DNA of 48,435 nt, from the IMG/VR virus record IMGVR_UViG_3300006851_000001, positions 1 to 48,435 of that record. One strand, written 5' to 3'. Every line of letters starts with the position of its first letter. Positions within the stretch are counted from its first letter, which is position 1. The notes beneath the pieces are model-generated. The model was given only the letters and a program-made list of their open reading frames with translations. It did not search any database and had not been told where the DNA came from. This document shows, piece by piece, positions 26,492 to 36,473 of the stretch. Both the position numbers and the translations under genes were made by a program. This DNA is from a virus. Taxonomy: Duplodnaviria > Caudoviricetes.

Positions 26492-26956
26492 CTATCCTCT
26501 CTTCTTCCAGAATCTGCAAAACTCTTGGCCTTCGGGCCCGAGCGGCACCGGGTCTTCTACTGTGAACCCTAGCCACTTCAGCCACCGGATGCTGGCTCTA
26601 CTCTCCGCGTACACCCAGTTCTCTACCTCGCGGTACTCTTCTACGATAGTATAGACTATCTTCTTGGATTCGGACAATAGGAGCCTTGTGTGTTTGTGCA
26701 ACTCGGTGCCACCGAGCATCCACGGCGAGTTCTTAGGAGTCAGGAGGGAGCCCGTTCTTGTGACGCCGAACACGGCGCACGGGACTCCCCCTACTTCCGC
26801 CACCACACAAATCTCTGCTCTCCCTGCGAAATCATGAAGATGTTCGGGGGACCACCCTCCCGCTGCTAACTCCTCTCGGTCCCCCTGCCTCATCGTGTCC
26901 GCGATGAACTGAAGGTTCTGTCGAGTAGGTACTACGTATCTAAGCATCGACATCAA
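26492..26956 (-). CDS. T7 gp13-like acetyltransferase-fold virion assembly protein
   Basis: MRQGDREELAA...PWMLG...VENWVYAESRASIRWLKWLGF pattern. Confidence 0.85.
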   Translation of the reverse strand: MMSMLRYVVPTRQNLQFIADTMRQGDREELAAGGWSPEHLHDFAGRAEICVVAEVGGVPCAVFGVTRTGSLLTPKNSPWMLGGTELHKHTRLLLSESKKIVYTIVEEYREVENWVYAESRASIRWLKWLGFTVEDPVPLGPEGQEFCRFWKKRG

Positions 26957-29750
26957 ACTCCACTGCTAAGATTTCACAACTTCCGCTCCCTCGGTGCTCA
27001 ATAGCGACTGTCCCCTGTTCATCCCAATTCCCGATGACTTCTGTTTCAAGGAGTCCTGTGAAGCCGTACGGCCCTCCGTACTCATCCGCCACAAGACGGT
27101 CGCCTATCTCCCACAGAGACTCTCCCGGCACCGCGACCTCATCCTCATTCGCCACCGAGTTCCATTCCATTAGCTGCGTCTGCGTTCCCGTGCCGTGAGG
27201 GTTCAGTTTCAGCTGCCCCACCCACAGAGGACCGGTGGTGTCCTTCACCCACAGAGATACTCTGTTCACTGACTTCATCGCGCGATGGGGAGTCTCCGCG
27301 CCTACGACAGGCAGGAGCTCTGCCCTCGACGAGAACTTCAGCCCCACCCGGCTGATGTGTGGGTCGAACTTCATGTCCGCGGTCTGGTCTTCGTCGAGAA
27401 GCTCTTCCACGAAGGAGCCTCCTCCGAAATACAGGTACTTGGAATTCCCTGTCTCCTCTGTCCCCGTCAAGGGAACTTCGGTCCCTTCGCTAGTAATTCC
27501 CACGAAAATGCCCGTAGTAGGTCTCATGAACTCTACTACGTCGCCCCAACTCCCTCCTCCAAGGGCGACGTACTTGCTTTCTATCTCCTGCAAGACATCC
27601 CACCACTGTTCCCCTCCTTCTAGCTTCGCTCTTCTTCTCACGTTAGTGCCCGAAAGCACGGCACAGAAGTCAAGAGTGTCCGAGTTCTCGGGCGAAAATT
27701 CCTCGAGCACAGTCCATTTCTTCTCTTCGACTCCCCCGCTCTCGGGGAAATCTGGCGCTGCCTCATGCTCTAGCCACGTCTGCTGGTGCCGTCGGAGGGT
27801 CACGTTCATTGACAAAACCACCCGGTCTCCCTGTGGAGAAGGGAGCACCGTGACGCCTCGGATTTCCCTCCCCATGGTTAGGACGAATCTGTCGTTCCGC
27901 CTCACCCCCAACACGGTGGATTCGTACAGCTTATACGCGACTACTTGAGTTGCCCCGAAGGAGATTCTTGACCACGCATTTACTCCTTGCTCTCTGTCAT
28001 ATGACATGGCGTAAAGGTGTCTCGGGTTTACGTTGATGTTTTGTGAGGGCTTCCTGTCCGCCACCAGAGCCCACACCACAGGGGTAGGGTTCTCCGAGTA
28101 TGCGAGCTGTAGCACCTCCTTGTCCTCAAATAAGTGGGGGCAGAGAATGGTGATGTCAGAGTTCTCGCCTTGGGGATTACTGGGGGCGAAGAGGTCCCGT
28201 ATCCTCGTAGCCCCCGCCTGAGAGTAGAGCACGGAAGAGCCTGCATGAACCGGCTTCACGCCATCCGCTCCGAAAGAACTTATCTTCCTGACAGTAGTTG
28301 TCTCCGGGGTAAACTTCTCGGACTCGCCTTCAGTTGTCCTCCAAATCCCGCCCGCACTCAAGATGATTAAAGTATCAGTAGATTCGAGGTGCTGGACTCT
28401 ATCGAACTTTGACGCCGAGATTCCTAGTCTGAACGCATCTGATGCCCCGGGAGGGCGTCGGTGAGTCACATCAGTAAACGACCCAGTCGCAGTGGCCGTT
28501 AGCGCCAGAGGACTGTCCGAGTCCCCTCCGTACACCAAACGCTGTTGGTAGAACGCAACCGCTCTTGGGTTCTTCGGTGAGAAGAAGTCTCGAGGCGGAG
28601 TATCGGAAGTCACCCCTGCTAAGTTGAAATCAGTGAACGAGTTCGATACAGCATCGCCTATCCAGCCATAAGTTCCAGAACCGAACGGGGTCTCTTTGTA
28701 CACCCTATAGTGAGAAATCTCGCCGTCGTTCTTAGGGTCTTCCTGAAGAACCCACGACAGTCGCACGCCGTACGCAGAGTCCAGCGCTTTCGAGCTGACG
28801 TCAACTGGCGCGGAGGGGTACGTCTCTTCTCCGTCAATCACTGACGTCACTACGTAACTGTTCGTGACATCCTTTTCGCTGGTAGGAGACCCTGCCGTCG
28901 CCCCTCCCCCTCTCATGAAACCTTTGTCGCCAAAATCTGGGTAGGGGAGGCTGCCGAAGGGGTCTGACTCCCCAGTCAGGATTACCTCGTACTCCACCCC
29001 GCGGTAGAGAGGAGCGCCTGTGTACTCGTCAGAGGCTGAAGCCTCCAGAAGGACGGGGTCCTTCCTCACCTTCACGCTCGCCTCGTCGTTGGGGTCCCAG
29101 AACCCCCACACAGTCACTGAGTCCCCGTTCTTAAACGCAGGTCTTGGGGATGAAGTGGGTCTTGAGAAAGTAACTTCCAACCTCGCCGCGTATTGGCTCG
29201 TGCCCCCCGGTGGCGCCCCTAGGTTAGTTCTCCCGACGTACTTTACGTTCTCAGCGCTGCCTGTCCTTAGTGTAGGAGGTTTGTTTAGAGGCTCGAACTT
29301 TGCTCTCTCAATCTCGAATGTAAGAGGGCTCGTTGAGATTCTTTTAATAAAAGTAGGGGGAGCCTTCCCTGTCGTGACCACCATTACGTCTGCGTTCTGC
29401 GCGAAGTCAATGTCTCGGATATTGAGACCCGAGGCGCCTAACCCACTTTCTCCTACAATCGTAGCCAGTTCCCCTGCGACGGTTGAAATCTCTACCGTCC
29501 CATTAGAGAAGACGCCTACAATATAGTTTTCGTTTTCGTTAAAAATGAAAGGAAGAATGATGTCGAAGTTCGCTGAAAGGAACCCGCCGAGGACTCGCGT
29601 CCCCTGTCTTTTCCGAAGTCCGCCTTGAGGCTTCACTATGAAGTTAGAAAGGTGTCTCGCCCCGGATTGATACTGGTCTAGCTCCGGGCGGTGGTGGAGG
29701 GAAGGGTCTAGCTCTCCGCTCGTGAAGTTATTTCGGATGACGTCAGGCAT
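26940..29750 (-). CDS. Tail tubular protein B (nozzle)
   Basis: NNFTSGELDP.L..R..L..Y, NFIVKPQGG...R.GT, AQNADVM, P.AVAFYQQRL and QGVNAWSR. Confidence 0.9.
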   Translation of the reverse strand: MPDVIRNNFTSGELDPSLHHRPELDQYQSGARHLSNFIVKPQGGLRKRQGTRVLGGFLSANFDIILPFIFNENENYIVGVFSNGTVEISTVAGELATIVGESGLGASGLNIRDIDFAQNADVMVVTTGKAPPTFIKRISTSPLTFEIERAKFEPLNKPPTLRTGSAENVKYVGRTNLGAPPGGTSQYAARLEVTFSRPTSSPRPAFKNGDSVTVWGFWDPNDEASVKVRKDPVLLEASASDEYTGAPLYRGVEYEVILTGESDPFGSLPYPDFGDKGFMRGGGATAGSPTSEKDVTNSYVVTSVIDGEETYPSAPVDVSSKALDSAYGVRLSWVLQEDPKNDGEISHYRVYKETPFGSGTYGWIGDAVSNSFTDFNLAGVTSDTPPRDFFSPKNPRAVAFYQQRLVYGGDSDSPLALTATATGSFTDVTHRRPPGASDAFRLGISASKFDRVQHLESTDTLIILSAGGIWRTTEGESEKFTPETTTVRKISSFGADGVKPVHAGSSVLYSQAGATRIRDLFAPSNPQGENSDITILCPHLFEDKEVLQLAYSENPTPVVWALVADRKPSQNINVNPRHLYAMSYDREQGVNAWSRISFGATQVVAYKLYESTVLGVRRNDRFVLTMGREIRGVTVLPSPQGDRVVLSMNVTLRRHQQTWLEHEAAPDFPESGGVEEKKWTVLEEFSPENSDTLDFCAVLSGTNVRRRAKLEGGEQWWDVLQEIESKYVALGGGSWGDVVEFMRPTTGIFVGITSEGTEVPLTGTEETGNSKYLYFGGGSFVEELLDEDQTADMKFDPHISRVGLKFSSRAELLPVVGAETPHRAMKSVNRVSLWVKDTTGPLWVGQLKLNPHGTGTQTQLMEWNSVANEDEVAVPGESLWEIGDRLVADEYGGPYGFTGLLETEVIGNWDEQGTVAIEHRGSGSCEILAVEFDVDA

Positions 29751-29753
29751 TGG

Positions 29754-30353
29754 CTACCTCCTAGCAAGGACACTTTTACTCTCCCGTCTAGGCGGACGCC
29801 TGTCAGTAGAGTCGATAGAATGTGCAGCTGCAAGTGCACGCTCATACCACTCCATCTGCTCTTTCTGGAATCTGGCTCCCGCAGCGGCCCCCGCCAAGGG
29901 CACCGAAAGGTTTGCCGCGAGGAGGTGGGATAGCGCGATTACTATGCCGTGAGGCAATACGCTCTCCTCAACATCCATGGTCACGCGCGCTATTGGAGCT
30001 GGTATGTTCGTCACTAGGTCTGTCGCTTTCTTGTCGATATTATATCTCAACTCGAAAGGCAGGCCTAGCTCCCCTTCATAGGGGCCACATCCCTTCTCGT
30101 GCACCGACCATACCCGGAGGTAGCCCTCGGGCAGCACGAACGCGCCGGCCCATCCTTCCGGAGTCTCAGAGCGAGAAGCTAAAGCCACATACGTCGTGGC
30201 AAAACTCCATGCGCCTTCGGAAAGGAGAGATTTTTTGCAGACGTAATAATACCGTTCGCAATACTCCCTCACCGCGGTTCGCTCTATTTCCGACTGGACT
30301 ACGCCCGCGCGCAAGTGGCCGAGGGCAAGGTTCCATATCTCGACCTTGTTCAT
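29754..30353 (-). CDS. Tail tubular protein A (adaptor)
   Basis: VEIWNLALGHL...WSFAT...LP..YLRV...ALSHLLA. Confidence 0.88.
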   Translation of the reverse strand: MNKVEIWNLALGHLRAGVVQSEIERTAVREYCERYYYVCKKSLLSEGAWSFATTYVALASRSETPEGWAGAFVLPEGYLRVWSVHEKGCGPYEGELGLPFELRYNIDKKATDLVTNIPAPIARVTMDVEESVLPHGIVIALSHLLAANLSVPLAGAAAGARFQKEQMEWYERALAAAHSIDSTDRRPPRRESKSVLARR

Positions 30354-30658
30354 TACAGCTGGACCGTACGCCCTGAGGTCGCGAGGTCTTGGGTCTCGTC
30401 TTCACCGCCCATAAAATCCACGCCACCTTTCGCCTCGGCCTTCGTGGCCTCCGAGGCTTTCGCTGTGCCCGACTTTGCGCCAGATGCGGCATTCGATTTG
30501 GGCTTGGGTTTCGATTTGGGCTTGGGTTTCGAGACCACCTCAGCTAGGTGTTCGGGGATTTTTTTGTATTTCTTCTCCCGTACGAATTCGAACCCTTCCT
30601 CACGCATCGCGCCATCAATGAATGCTACGTGTCCCGGCTTAATTACATATCGTGCCAT
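30353..30658 (-). CDS. Hypothetical virion-module protein with a KP-rich linker
   Basis: AAGGAG RBS; an 18-bp tandem repeat encodes KPKPKSKPKPKS. Confidence 0.7.
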   Translation of the reverse strand: MARYVIKPGHVAFIDGAMREEGFEFVREKKYKKIPEHLAEVVSKPKPKSKPKPKSNAASGAKSGTAKASEATKAEAKGGVDFMGGEDETQDLATSGRTVQL

Positions 30659-30711
30659 TTCTCGTCACTCCTTATTTCGACAAACTCAAGGGGGCGCTAG
30701 GCCCCCTCTCA

Positions 30712-31134
30712 TTAGAAACCAGAACCGTTTGTCTGGCGACCGCCCACAATCCCTGCGGTAATTTTACCGGCGCCGGGGGATTCATAGGTCAGCCCTAGGT
30801 ACTCACCGGTGATGCCTTCTGGCAGGAAAGCTAGGGTGCTTCGGTAGCCAGCTACGAGGCTTTCCGCCGGGATTGATACGGAGGCCACTACTGTGCCCAA
30901 CGCATCGGTCGCTCCCGTCTCCACATTCACTACCAGAGCCCCGGTGCCCGTGAAGTCTTCCACCACTTGAATCAGGAGTGGGACAGGATTCCCCTTCCCA
31001 ATGTCACCAATGAAAGGTGCGGCAGATAACTCCGGCTGGCCTCGCTTCACGAGTCGCATGACGTTCGTGGAGGTTGCCGCGCCCGAGGCTAGTTCTTGCG
31101 CATCACTGAAAATAGATTCTTGTGAAAGTATCAT
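30712..31134 (-). CDS. Capsid cement/decoration protein (Bbp16-like)
   Basis: MILSQESIFSDAQ...STNV...DIGKG.P..L.IQV.EDF...L.AG...YL.L.Y...GKITAGIV. Directly after the major capsid gene. Confidence 0.85.
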   Translation of the reverse strand: MILSQESIFSDAQELASGAATSTNVMRLVKRGQPELSAAPFIGDIGKGNPVPLLIQVVEDFTGTGALVVNVETGATDALGTVVASVSIPAESLVAGYRSTLAFLPEGITGEYLGLTYESPGAGKITAGIVGGRQTNGSGF

Positions 31135-31169
31135 CGTTTCTCTCCTTCAGAGAAGTGAAGAGACGCGGC

Positions 31170-32174
31170 CTAGGCCACGTCCTCTTCAGTGTTAATTAGC
31201 GCATCCGTCTCGCGCAGCGGGATGCCGCGGTACGACAAGATTTCCTCACCTTCGACTTCTCTTCGGGTTAGGCGCACGAAGTTGTCGGAAGAACCAGAGT
31301 TAGTGGCCAGCGCGTCGAGCGCCTCCAGCATGTCTCGGTTCAGGTAAATCGCGATGTTGCCATCCTTGTTCCGACGATTCTGCAAGCGGTAGTAAGCTTT
31401 GCGCATCAAGCCGTAGAGGTCCACCGTGCCCGCCTTGACGTCGTCGATGTCGATGTTGGCGATGCGCGCGTTATAGCGCCAGTCGCGAACCGACAGACCG
31501 ATGTGCTGGCGGAAGGTTTCTTCATACGCGTAGTACGCGTTACCATCTTCGTCAACCACCCGCTGCTTGCCGTGGTCCTCACGAATCAGGCCAGCTCGCG
31601 TGCCCTTCGGGTAAATCAGACTGGTCTGATTGTCACCCCAAGTTACGAACCAGATGGAAGAGTTGGTGTCGTTAGTGCCACCGGCGTCGATAATTTGACT
31701 GCCGTTTGGGGCGGTCTTGTCAGAGAATCGAGGCGCCAAACCCATGAACTGGTCTGGAGTTTCGATGTCGTTGCCGTAGAAAATCTTGCTGCTGAGCTCT
31801 TGGCTCATGGATTGCAAGAATCCTTCCGCTTCCGAAAGTCGGAGCTGAGGACCTTTGCCATCCGACAGCTCGTCAATCAAACGCGCGTCTACAGTAGAAC
31901 GGCCTTCACAGAAACCTGTGGTGTCCGTTACTTGCGCTCGGCTTGACTTGCTGTTAGGGATACCTTTGTACAGGCGGCCCCATGCAACTTCAGGCAATCC
32001 GGTTCGCACCGTGGTTAAGTGTTGTTTCCCTTGGTTACATTCAACCCACAAAGCGTCGCTCAGTTCAGGAGCTTCTTTGGCGAGCATCTCCATGATGGCT
32101 TGCCACTCGCCGCCCCCGTCAGTCGACTTGTACAGGTCTAGTAAGTCTGGGAATCTATGTCCAATTATGGCCAT
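31170..32174 (-). CDS. Major capsid protein (BPP-1/epsilon15-like)
   Basis: TTVRTGLP...WGRLYKG...S...QVTDT.G..E..S.VD, IFYGN, GLAPRF, IIDAGG, GLSVRDWRY..RIANID and GIPLRETDAL.NTE. Confidence 0.93.
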   Translation of the reverse strand: MAIIGHRFPDLLDLYKSTDGGGEWQAIMEMLAKEAPELSDALWVECNQGKQHLTTVRTGLPEVAWGRLYKGIPNSKSSRAQVTDTTGFCEGRSTVDARLIDELSDGKGPQLRLSEAEGFLQSMSQELSSKIFYGNDIETPDQFMGLAPRFSDKTAPNGSQIIDAGGTNDTNSSIWFVTWGDNQTSLIYPKGTRAGLIREDHGKQRVVDEDGNAYYAYEETFRQHIGLSVRDWRYNARIANIDIDDVKAGTVDLYGLMRKAYYRLQNRRNKDGNIAIYLNRDMLEALDALATNSGSSDNFVRLTRREVEGEEILSYRGIPLRETDALINTEEDVA

Positions 32175-32203
32175 GTTTTCTCTCCGTCTATAGCTCTCTC
32201 GAA

Positions 32204-32809
32204 CTACTTAGTTGTTTTCCCGTACAGGAGTTCTGCTCGGGATTCCTCGCGGCCCCCGCCGGATGCTCCGGCTCCGGGGCCTTGGTCCTCTCGTACTAGG
32301 GGCGAGAGTTTTACGAACAGTCGAATCATCTCGGGGTGGTTGCCCAGACCCGTGTTATCCAACAGTTCGCGAAGCTCCGGTGTTGCTAGAGCCTTTACTG
32401 CCTGTTCGGCGGCTACTAAGTTCTTTTCGAACTTATCTCCACCAAATTCTTTATCTTTCTTGGCTTCTTCTGCCCAAGATGCTACTCGCTCCTCGTGTGC
32501 TTTTGCCTGCTCGGAGGCGAATCTCTCGAGGCGAGATGCTTCGAGGTCTACTAACTTCTGGGCGACGTCTTTAGTTAAAGTGGTCCCTGCTTCGTCGAAG
32601 ACAGAGGTGACTGCCTTCCAGTCTTCTTCTGAAATTTCTAAGTTCTCAGGAAGGCTTAGGTCTTCTAGGCCAGCTGCTACTTGCTCGCCGCCTTCGCCGC
32701 CATCGCCGCCATCGCCGCCATCGCCGCCGTCAACTTCCTCTTCTTCCTCTTCCTCTTCGAAGAGATAGGGGTCTTCCCAAGTGTTCTCAGAAACTTTCAT
32801 ACCTTTCAC
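32204..32809 (-). CDS. Capsid scaffolding protein
   Basis: Acidic, Gly-rich N-terminus, then W......DKEFGG..F...L..TGLGNHPE.IR.F. Directly upstream of the major capsid gene. Confidence 0.85.
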   Translation of the reverse strand: MKGMKVSENTWEDPYLFEEEEEEEEVDGGDGGDGGDGGEGGEQVAAGLEDLSLPENLEISEEDWKAVTSVFDEAGTTLTKDVAQKLVDLEASRLERFASEQAKAHEERVASWAEEAKKDKEFGGDKFEKNLVAAEQAVKALATPELRELLDNTGLGNHPEMIRLFVKLSPLVREDQGPGAGASGGGREESRAELLYGKTTK

Positions 32810-33062
32810 CTTTCGCTGCGTTCTCTATTTCATCTCTCTCCTCTTTAAGGGAGAGGATGTATAATTCGAAGCTGTGAGTCTTGGCCGCCTGCTCTAGCAT
32901 CCGGCCAACTGATTTCCTTCCTCTCGCGAATGTATCACTACGTTCGTCTTTTGTAAACGTCTCCGAATGCGTCCCGCAGAAATCTATCAGTGCCCTGACG
33001 AGCTCTCGGCCTAAGGGAGTCATCATTGCGTCCCCGAGAATTTCGTTAAGCGGCCTCCTCAT
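32787..33062 (-). CDS. Conserved small protein after the portal (Bbp19-like)
   Basis: M.TPLGR.LV..L...CG....TF.......F..GRKSVG pattern. Confidence 0.75.
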   Translation of the reverse strand: MRRPLNEILGDAMMTPLGRELVRALIDFCGTHSETFTKDERSDTFARGRKSVGRMLEQAAKTHSFELYILSLKEERDEIENAAKGERYESF

Positions 33063-34759
33063 TACACTCCCACTCCTGCTGCCTGCATCGCCCTCGAGAG
33101 CATACTTCCGTCGGCCCCACCAACCTCAGTCTCGCTCGCCAGTTTCGCTGCTTGGGCCAAATCTTTCGCGCTCTGCGCCCCCGATTCCGCCATCTCGCGT
33201 CTCTGGGCTTCTTCTCTCTGCGCGTCCAATATCGCCTGCACTTCTTCTTCGGGTCGAAGCAACTCTGGGTCCGCCCCTGAAATCTTACCGTACTCTCTGA
33301 GCATTGCGGGACCATTTAGATATGGGATTACTGATGGGTCAAACTGCGCGAGCTGTCCCGCGAACCCGACCATTCTTTCGATGTTTCTCAAGCCGACCAT
33401 CCGTTGTGCTTGGGCGAGTGCCGAGACGTATTCTACTTGAAGCTCCTGCCCCAGCATCTCCTCAGGCGCCTCAGGGAACACACCCTGAGACTGGAGGATT
33501 TCGAAGCTCCGAGAAATCAATGGGTCCAGAAGTTCGTTATGAACTCTCTCGAGTACCGGGCCTATCTGTAGTAACTTCTCCTCGTGCCTCTCAATCACCT
33601 CTCGTGCGGTAACCCCTGAGCGCTCCCCTATCGCATCCATCGCTCGGAATAGGTCAACGTAGAACGCCTCTCTGATTCGGAACTCCGCCCTCGCTACGGA
33701 ATTCTCCATATGTTGCAGGGACGGGTTGTAGTTAGGCATCAGAGGCTTCAGTTCTTCGTTGGGGTTCTCTGAGTAATAAGTCCTTCCGGGCTCAGGCGCC
33801 GCATCCCCGAGCAGCCTTCTCAAGGATGACGATGCGATGAAGCTGGGGTCCGCCAGTCTGTCGGTGGCCACCAAGATGTCTCGCTCAGCTACCTGTAGCC
33901 CTTTGGCGTCCCCCAAGGCGGTGAGGCCCGGGGAGTTAGTGCCATATAGGTCCCCCGGGGAGAGTTCCCACCGGGGTGTCAAGAACGGAAACGTTCTGTA
34001 TCCAGATACCCTCAGGGCGCCGTCTGCCTTCGAAGCCCCGGCCACCCAAGTCACCGCGCGGTATGGTAAGTCCCATGCAAAGGGGCTCTCATCATTTCTG
34101 TCGTCGTTTGGCTCAACGAGGTAGATGACCTCGACCATGTCGTTCTCGCCGCCGTTCTTCCAGAGGTTACGAACTATCTCCGGGCAATTCTCTAGCCCGT
34201 AGTCCTTCACTATAGACGCTACCGTCTTCTTCCTCCGGACACTAAACGCATCAGGCAGCTCTCGCTTCCCCTCCCCCAGCGCGTACTGGCCTGCGGTCTG
34301 GGTTTCGAATCTTAGAAAAGTTTCGTCGTCTTCGAACACTCCCATAGCACACGTGCCAAAGTTTCCTAGCTCGCCGTATGCGGTCTGAAGACTGTTGTAT
34401 AGGTTTGAAATCGAGAACACCCGGTACATAATTTGGGTGCAAGTGAATAACCATTGCTGGACTTCGGGGTCCTTATCGAGGACCACGTCCCCCGATGATA
34501 GGCGGAACCACTCCCGCGCTGGAGACGTAATTCCTGACATGAGTCCCGCGGTCAATACTCTAAGGGCGAGTATTGGTGCGTTATTGAAAATCTTGTTGTC
34601 TCGTCGCTTCCCTTGATTCACATCGCCGAGGTCGTACCTCCCCCGATGAACGAGGAAGTTCTCTGTCAAGTCCCTCCACGTTTCTAAGAAAGACTGTCTC
34701 CCCTTCTCCATCGAAGCGACTCGTCTTTCCAGTTTCCTCAAGTCCACGCTATGGCGCAT
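33062..34759 (-). CDS. Portal (head-tail connector) protein
   Basis: GLMSGITSPAREWFRL, SNLY, FGT, PRW...G..YG..PG..ALGD.K.LQ, TAREV.ER.EEKL..IGPVLER and VEYVSALAQAQR. Confidence 0.93.
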   Translation of the reverse strand: MRHSVDLRKLERRVASMEKGRQSFLETWRDLTENFLVHRGRYDLGDVNQGKRRDNKIFNNAPILALRVLTAGLMSGITSPAREWFRLSSGDVVLDKDPEVQQWLFTCTQIMYRVFSISNLYNSLQTAYGELGNFGTCAMGVFEDDETFLRFETQTAGQYALGEGKRELPDAFSVRRKKTVASIVKDYGLENCPEIVRNLWKNGGENDMVEVIYLVEPNDDRNDESPFAWDLPYRAVTWVAGASKADGALRVSGYRTFPFLTPRWELSPGDLYGTNSPGLTALGDAKGLQVAERDILVATDRLADPSFIASSSLRRLLGDAAPEPGRTYYSENPNEELKPLMPNYNPSLQHMENSVARAEFRIREAFYVDLFRAMDAIGERSGVTAREVIERHEEKLLQIGPVLERVHNELLDPLISRSFEILQSQGVFPEAPEEMLGQELQVEYVSALAQAQRMVGLRNIERMVGFAGQLAQFDPSVIPYLNGPAMLREYGKISGADPELLRPEEEVQAILDAQREEAQRREMAESGAQSAKDLAQAAKLASETEVGGADGSMLSRAMQAAGVGV

Positions 34760-34938
34760 TATCTGGCGCTCCCCAGTAAAGTCTTGCCTGAGCTACCTCG
34801 ACTCGCTCCTCCCGTGAGGAGAGTGCCCATTGCCTCTCTCCGCTCGCCCTCTATTGGTGTCTGGTCAGGCAGGCGAGGCGCCTCCGGTGGGAGGGGAGGT
34901 GGTTCTGGCGTTTCAATTTTTGGCTTAGGAGTACACAT
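34759..34938 (-). CDS. Small virion protein (59 aa; not in the ORF track)
   Basis: MCTPKPKIETPEPPPLPPEAP...TLLTGG...GKTLLGSAR*. GAAGGA RBS, TAATG overlap with the portal start, and the MC..P..TLLG form typical between TerL and portal. Confidence 0.8.
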   Translation of the reverse strand: MCTPKPKIETPEPPPLPPEAPRLPDQTPIEGERREAMGTLLTGGASRGSSGKTLLGSAR

Positions 34939-34947
34939 ATTCCTTCC

Positions 34948-36465
34948 TCAAAAGGGCTCATATCTGCGCACTTTAGCAGGTTCGCCTGCGTATGGGAAGA
35001 GGTCGTCCTCGTCCTCTGCGTTAAGCTTCAAGAGGTTCACCGCTGTCTTGCTCGCGAACGTCAACAACATAGCGTCCATGTCATCGGGGGACCTCCCGAT
35101 TCGTTGCTTCATGTGTCGCTTCGATTCCATCAGGAGTCGGTCCTTGCTGTCGAAGGTGAACTCTCTGTTCGTCAAGTCCTCCTCTAGCTCCTCCACGTCA
35201 GGGAGCGCCCCGCCCGATTGCATCCACTCTAGTAGCCGTGAACTCATCTCCGAGGTCCTGTCCGCGAATTTCGAATCTTCCTCCGCCCGGTGCCCGAACC
35301 CCACGTCGACGACATTGTACCCCAGTTGCCTTAGCCGGTCATTGATGGGCCCTCCCATTGAGCCCACGTCCCCGAAGCAGATGTCGGGGCGATGTCGGTC
35401 CAGCACCGTTGCAATCATCGCGGCAACTTTCATCGAGTCCCTCGACTTCTCCGCGGGGATTTCATATCGGTCAAACGTCCTCGCGTCTCTCCCCCTGCGG
35501 AACTGAATCACGCACTTATCCGAACCTCCCCTCGCGTAGTCGAGGCCGCACACCAGAGGCTCTCCCCTCAGCCCGAGAGGAACTGGTCTCTTTCTCGCAG
35601 CAGAGACCACGTCGGTTGGGAAATACTGGAGGTCCGACGCCCGCGGGAACACGCCCCGAACACGAACGCGGAAGAAGTCCGAGTCTTCCCCGTGCACCTC
35701 CGCCCATTCATTCAAGAGCGTCTTGTTGGTCCACCGTACCGTACGGCTGTCTACTTGCTTTGTCCGCCAGCGACTATCTGCAAATTTCTTCTTGAACTCC
35801 CCGGTGTTCCTCGTGGGGTTCCCAAACGCGAAGAACATAGGCTCGCCGTCCGTAAGTCCCCCTTCCGCTACCTCCCAGATGACGTCAGGCACCGCAGAGG
35901 CCTCGTCAAAAATATAGAACGAGGTGGAGTTCATATTGTGCTGGCCCGCGAACGCTTCCGAGTTCTCCTCTCGACACGTCACCGCGTCCACTCGCCACGT
36001 CTCATTGTACGCGGGGTGGTAGAGGCTCAAAGACCCCTTACCTGAGTTCAGCTCAAACCAATGCCCCACTATGCACCGGTTCTTCCACTTCGCTAATTCA
36101 CCCCATGTCTTGGTCCGCAACTGGTCCCCGGTATTCGCCGTCACCGTGCCCTTCGCGTGGGGCCGGGTGGACATGATGAAGAGTATTAGAATCGCCACCA
36201 ACGCAGACTTCCCGATACCGTGCCCCGAAGATACTGCTGAGCGGATGGGGACTACTGGGTCTACGCCGTTAAACGCCCGGTCTTTTATCGCCTCCCCCAG
36301 CGCTCGGAGTTCTTCCTCTTGCCACGGGTCAAGCCCGTCAATCCCCGCCAGCTCCCCGTGCCCCCAGTCGAATGCCCAGTACGCCCACGACACAGGGTCG
36401 TCGTAGTACATCGCGCACCTTCTCTGGAGTTCCTGCTCAATCGACTCGATGTCTCTAGCGTCCAT
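34948..36465 (-). CDS. terL: Terminase large subunit
   Basis: Walker A SSGHGIGKS, Walker B YIFDEAS, FGNPTRNTG, RVRVRGVFP, GLDYARGGSD and RSPDDMDA. Confidence 0.95.
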   Translation of the reverse strand: MDARDIESIEQELQRRCAMYYDDPVSWAYWAFDWGHGELAGIDGLDPWQEEELRALGEAIKDRAFNGVDPVVPIRSAVSSGHGIGKSALVAILILFIMSTRPHAKGTVTANTGDQLRTKTWGELAKWKNRCIVGHWFELNSGKGSLSLYHPAYNETWRVDAVTCREENSEAFAGQHNMNSTSFYIFDEASAVPDVIWEVAEGGLTDGEPMFFAFGNPTRNTGEFKKKFADSRWRTKQVDSRTVRWTNKTLLNEWAEVHGEDSDFFRVRVRGVFPRASDLQYFPTDVVSAARKRPVPLGLRGEPLVCGLDYARGGSDKCVIQFRRGRDARTFDRYEIPAEKSRDSMKVAAMIATVLDRHRPDICFGDVGSMGGPINDRLRQLGYNVVDVGFGHRAEEDSKFADRTSEMSSRLLEWMQSGGALPDVEELEEDLTNREFTFDSKDRLLMESKRHMKQRIGRSPDDMDAMLLTFASKTAVNLLKLNAEDEDDLFPYAGEPAKVRRYEPF

Positions 36466-36473
36466 TCACCACC

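Noticed and set aside
32686-32760. GCCGCCATC and TCTTCC microsatellites as contingency loci
   Set aside because: The units are in-frame multiples of three encoding the acidic, Gly-rich scaffold N-terminus, so slippage would not switch phase.
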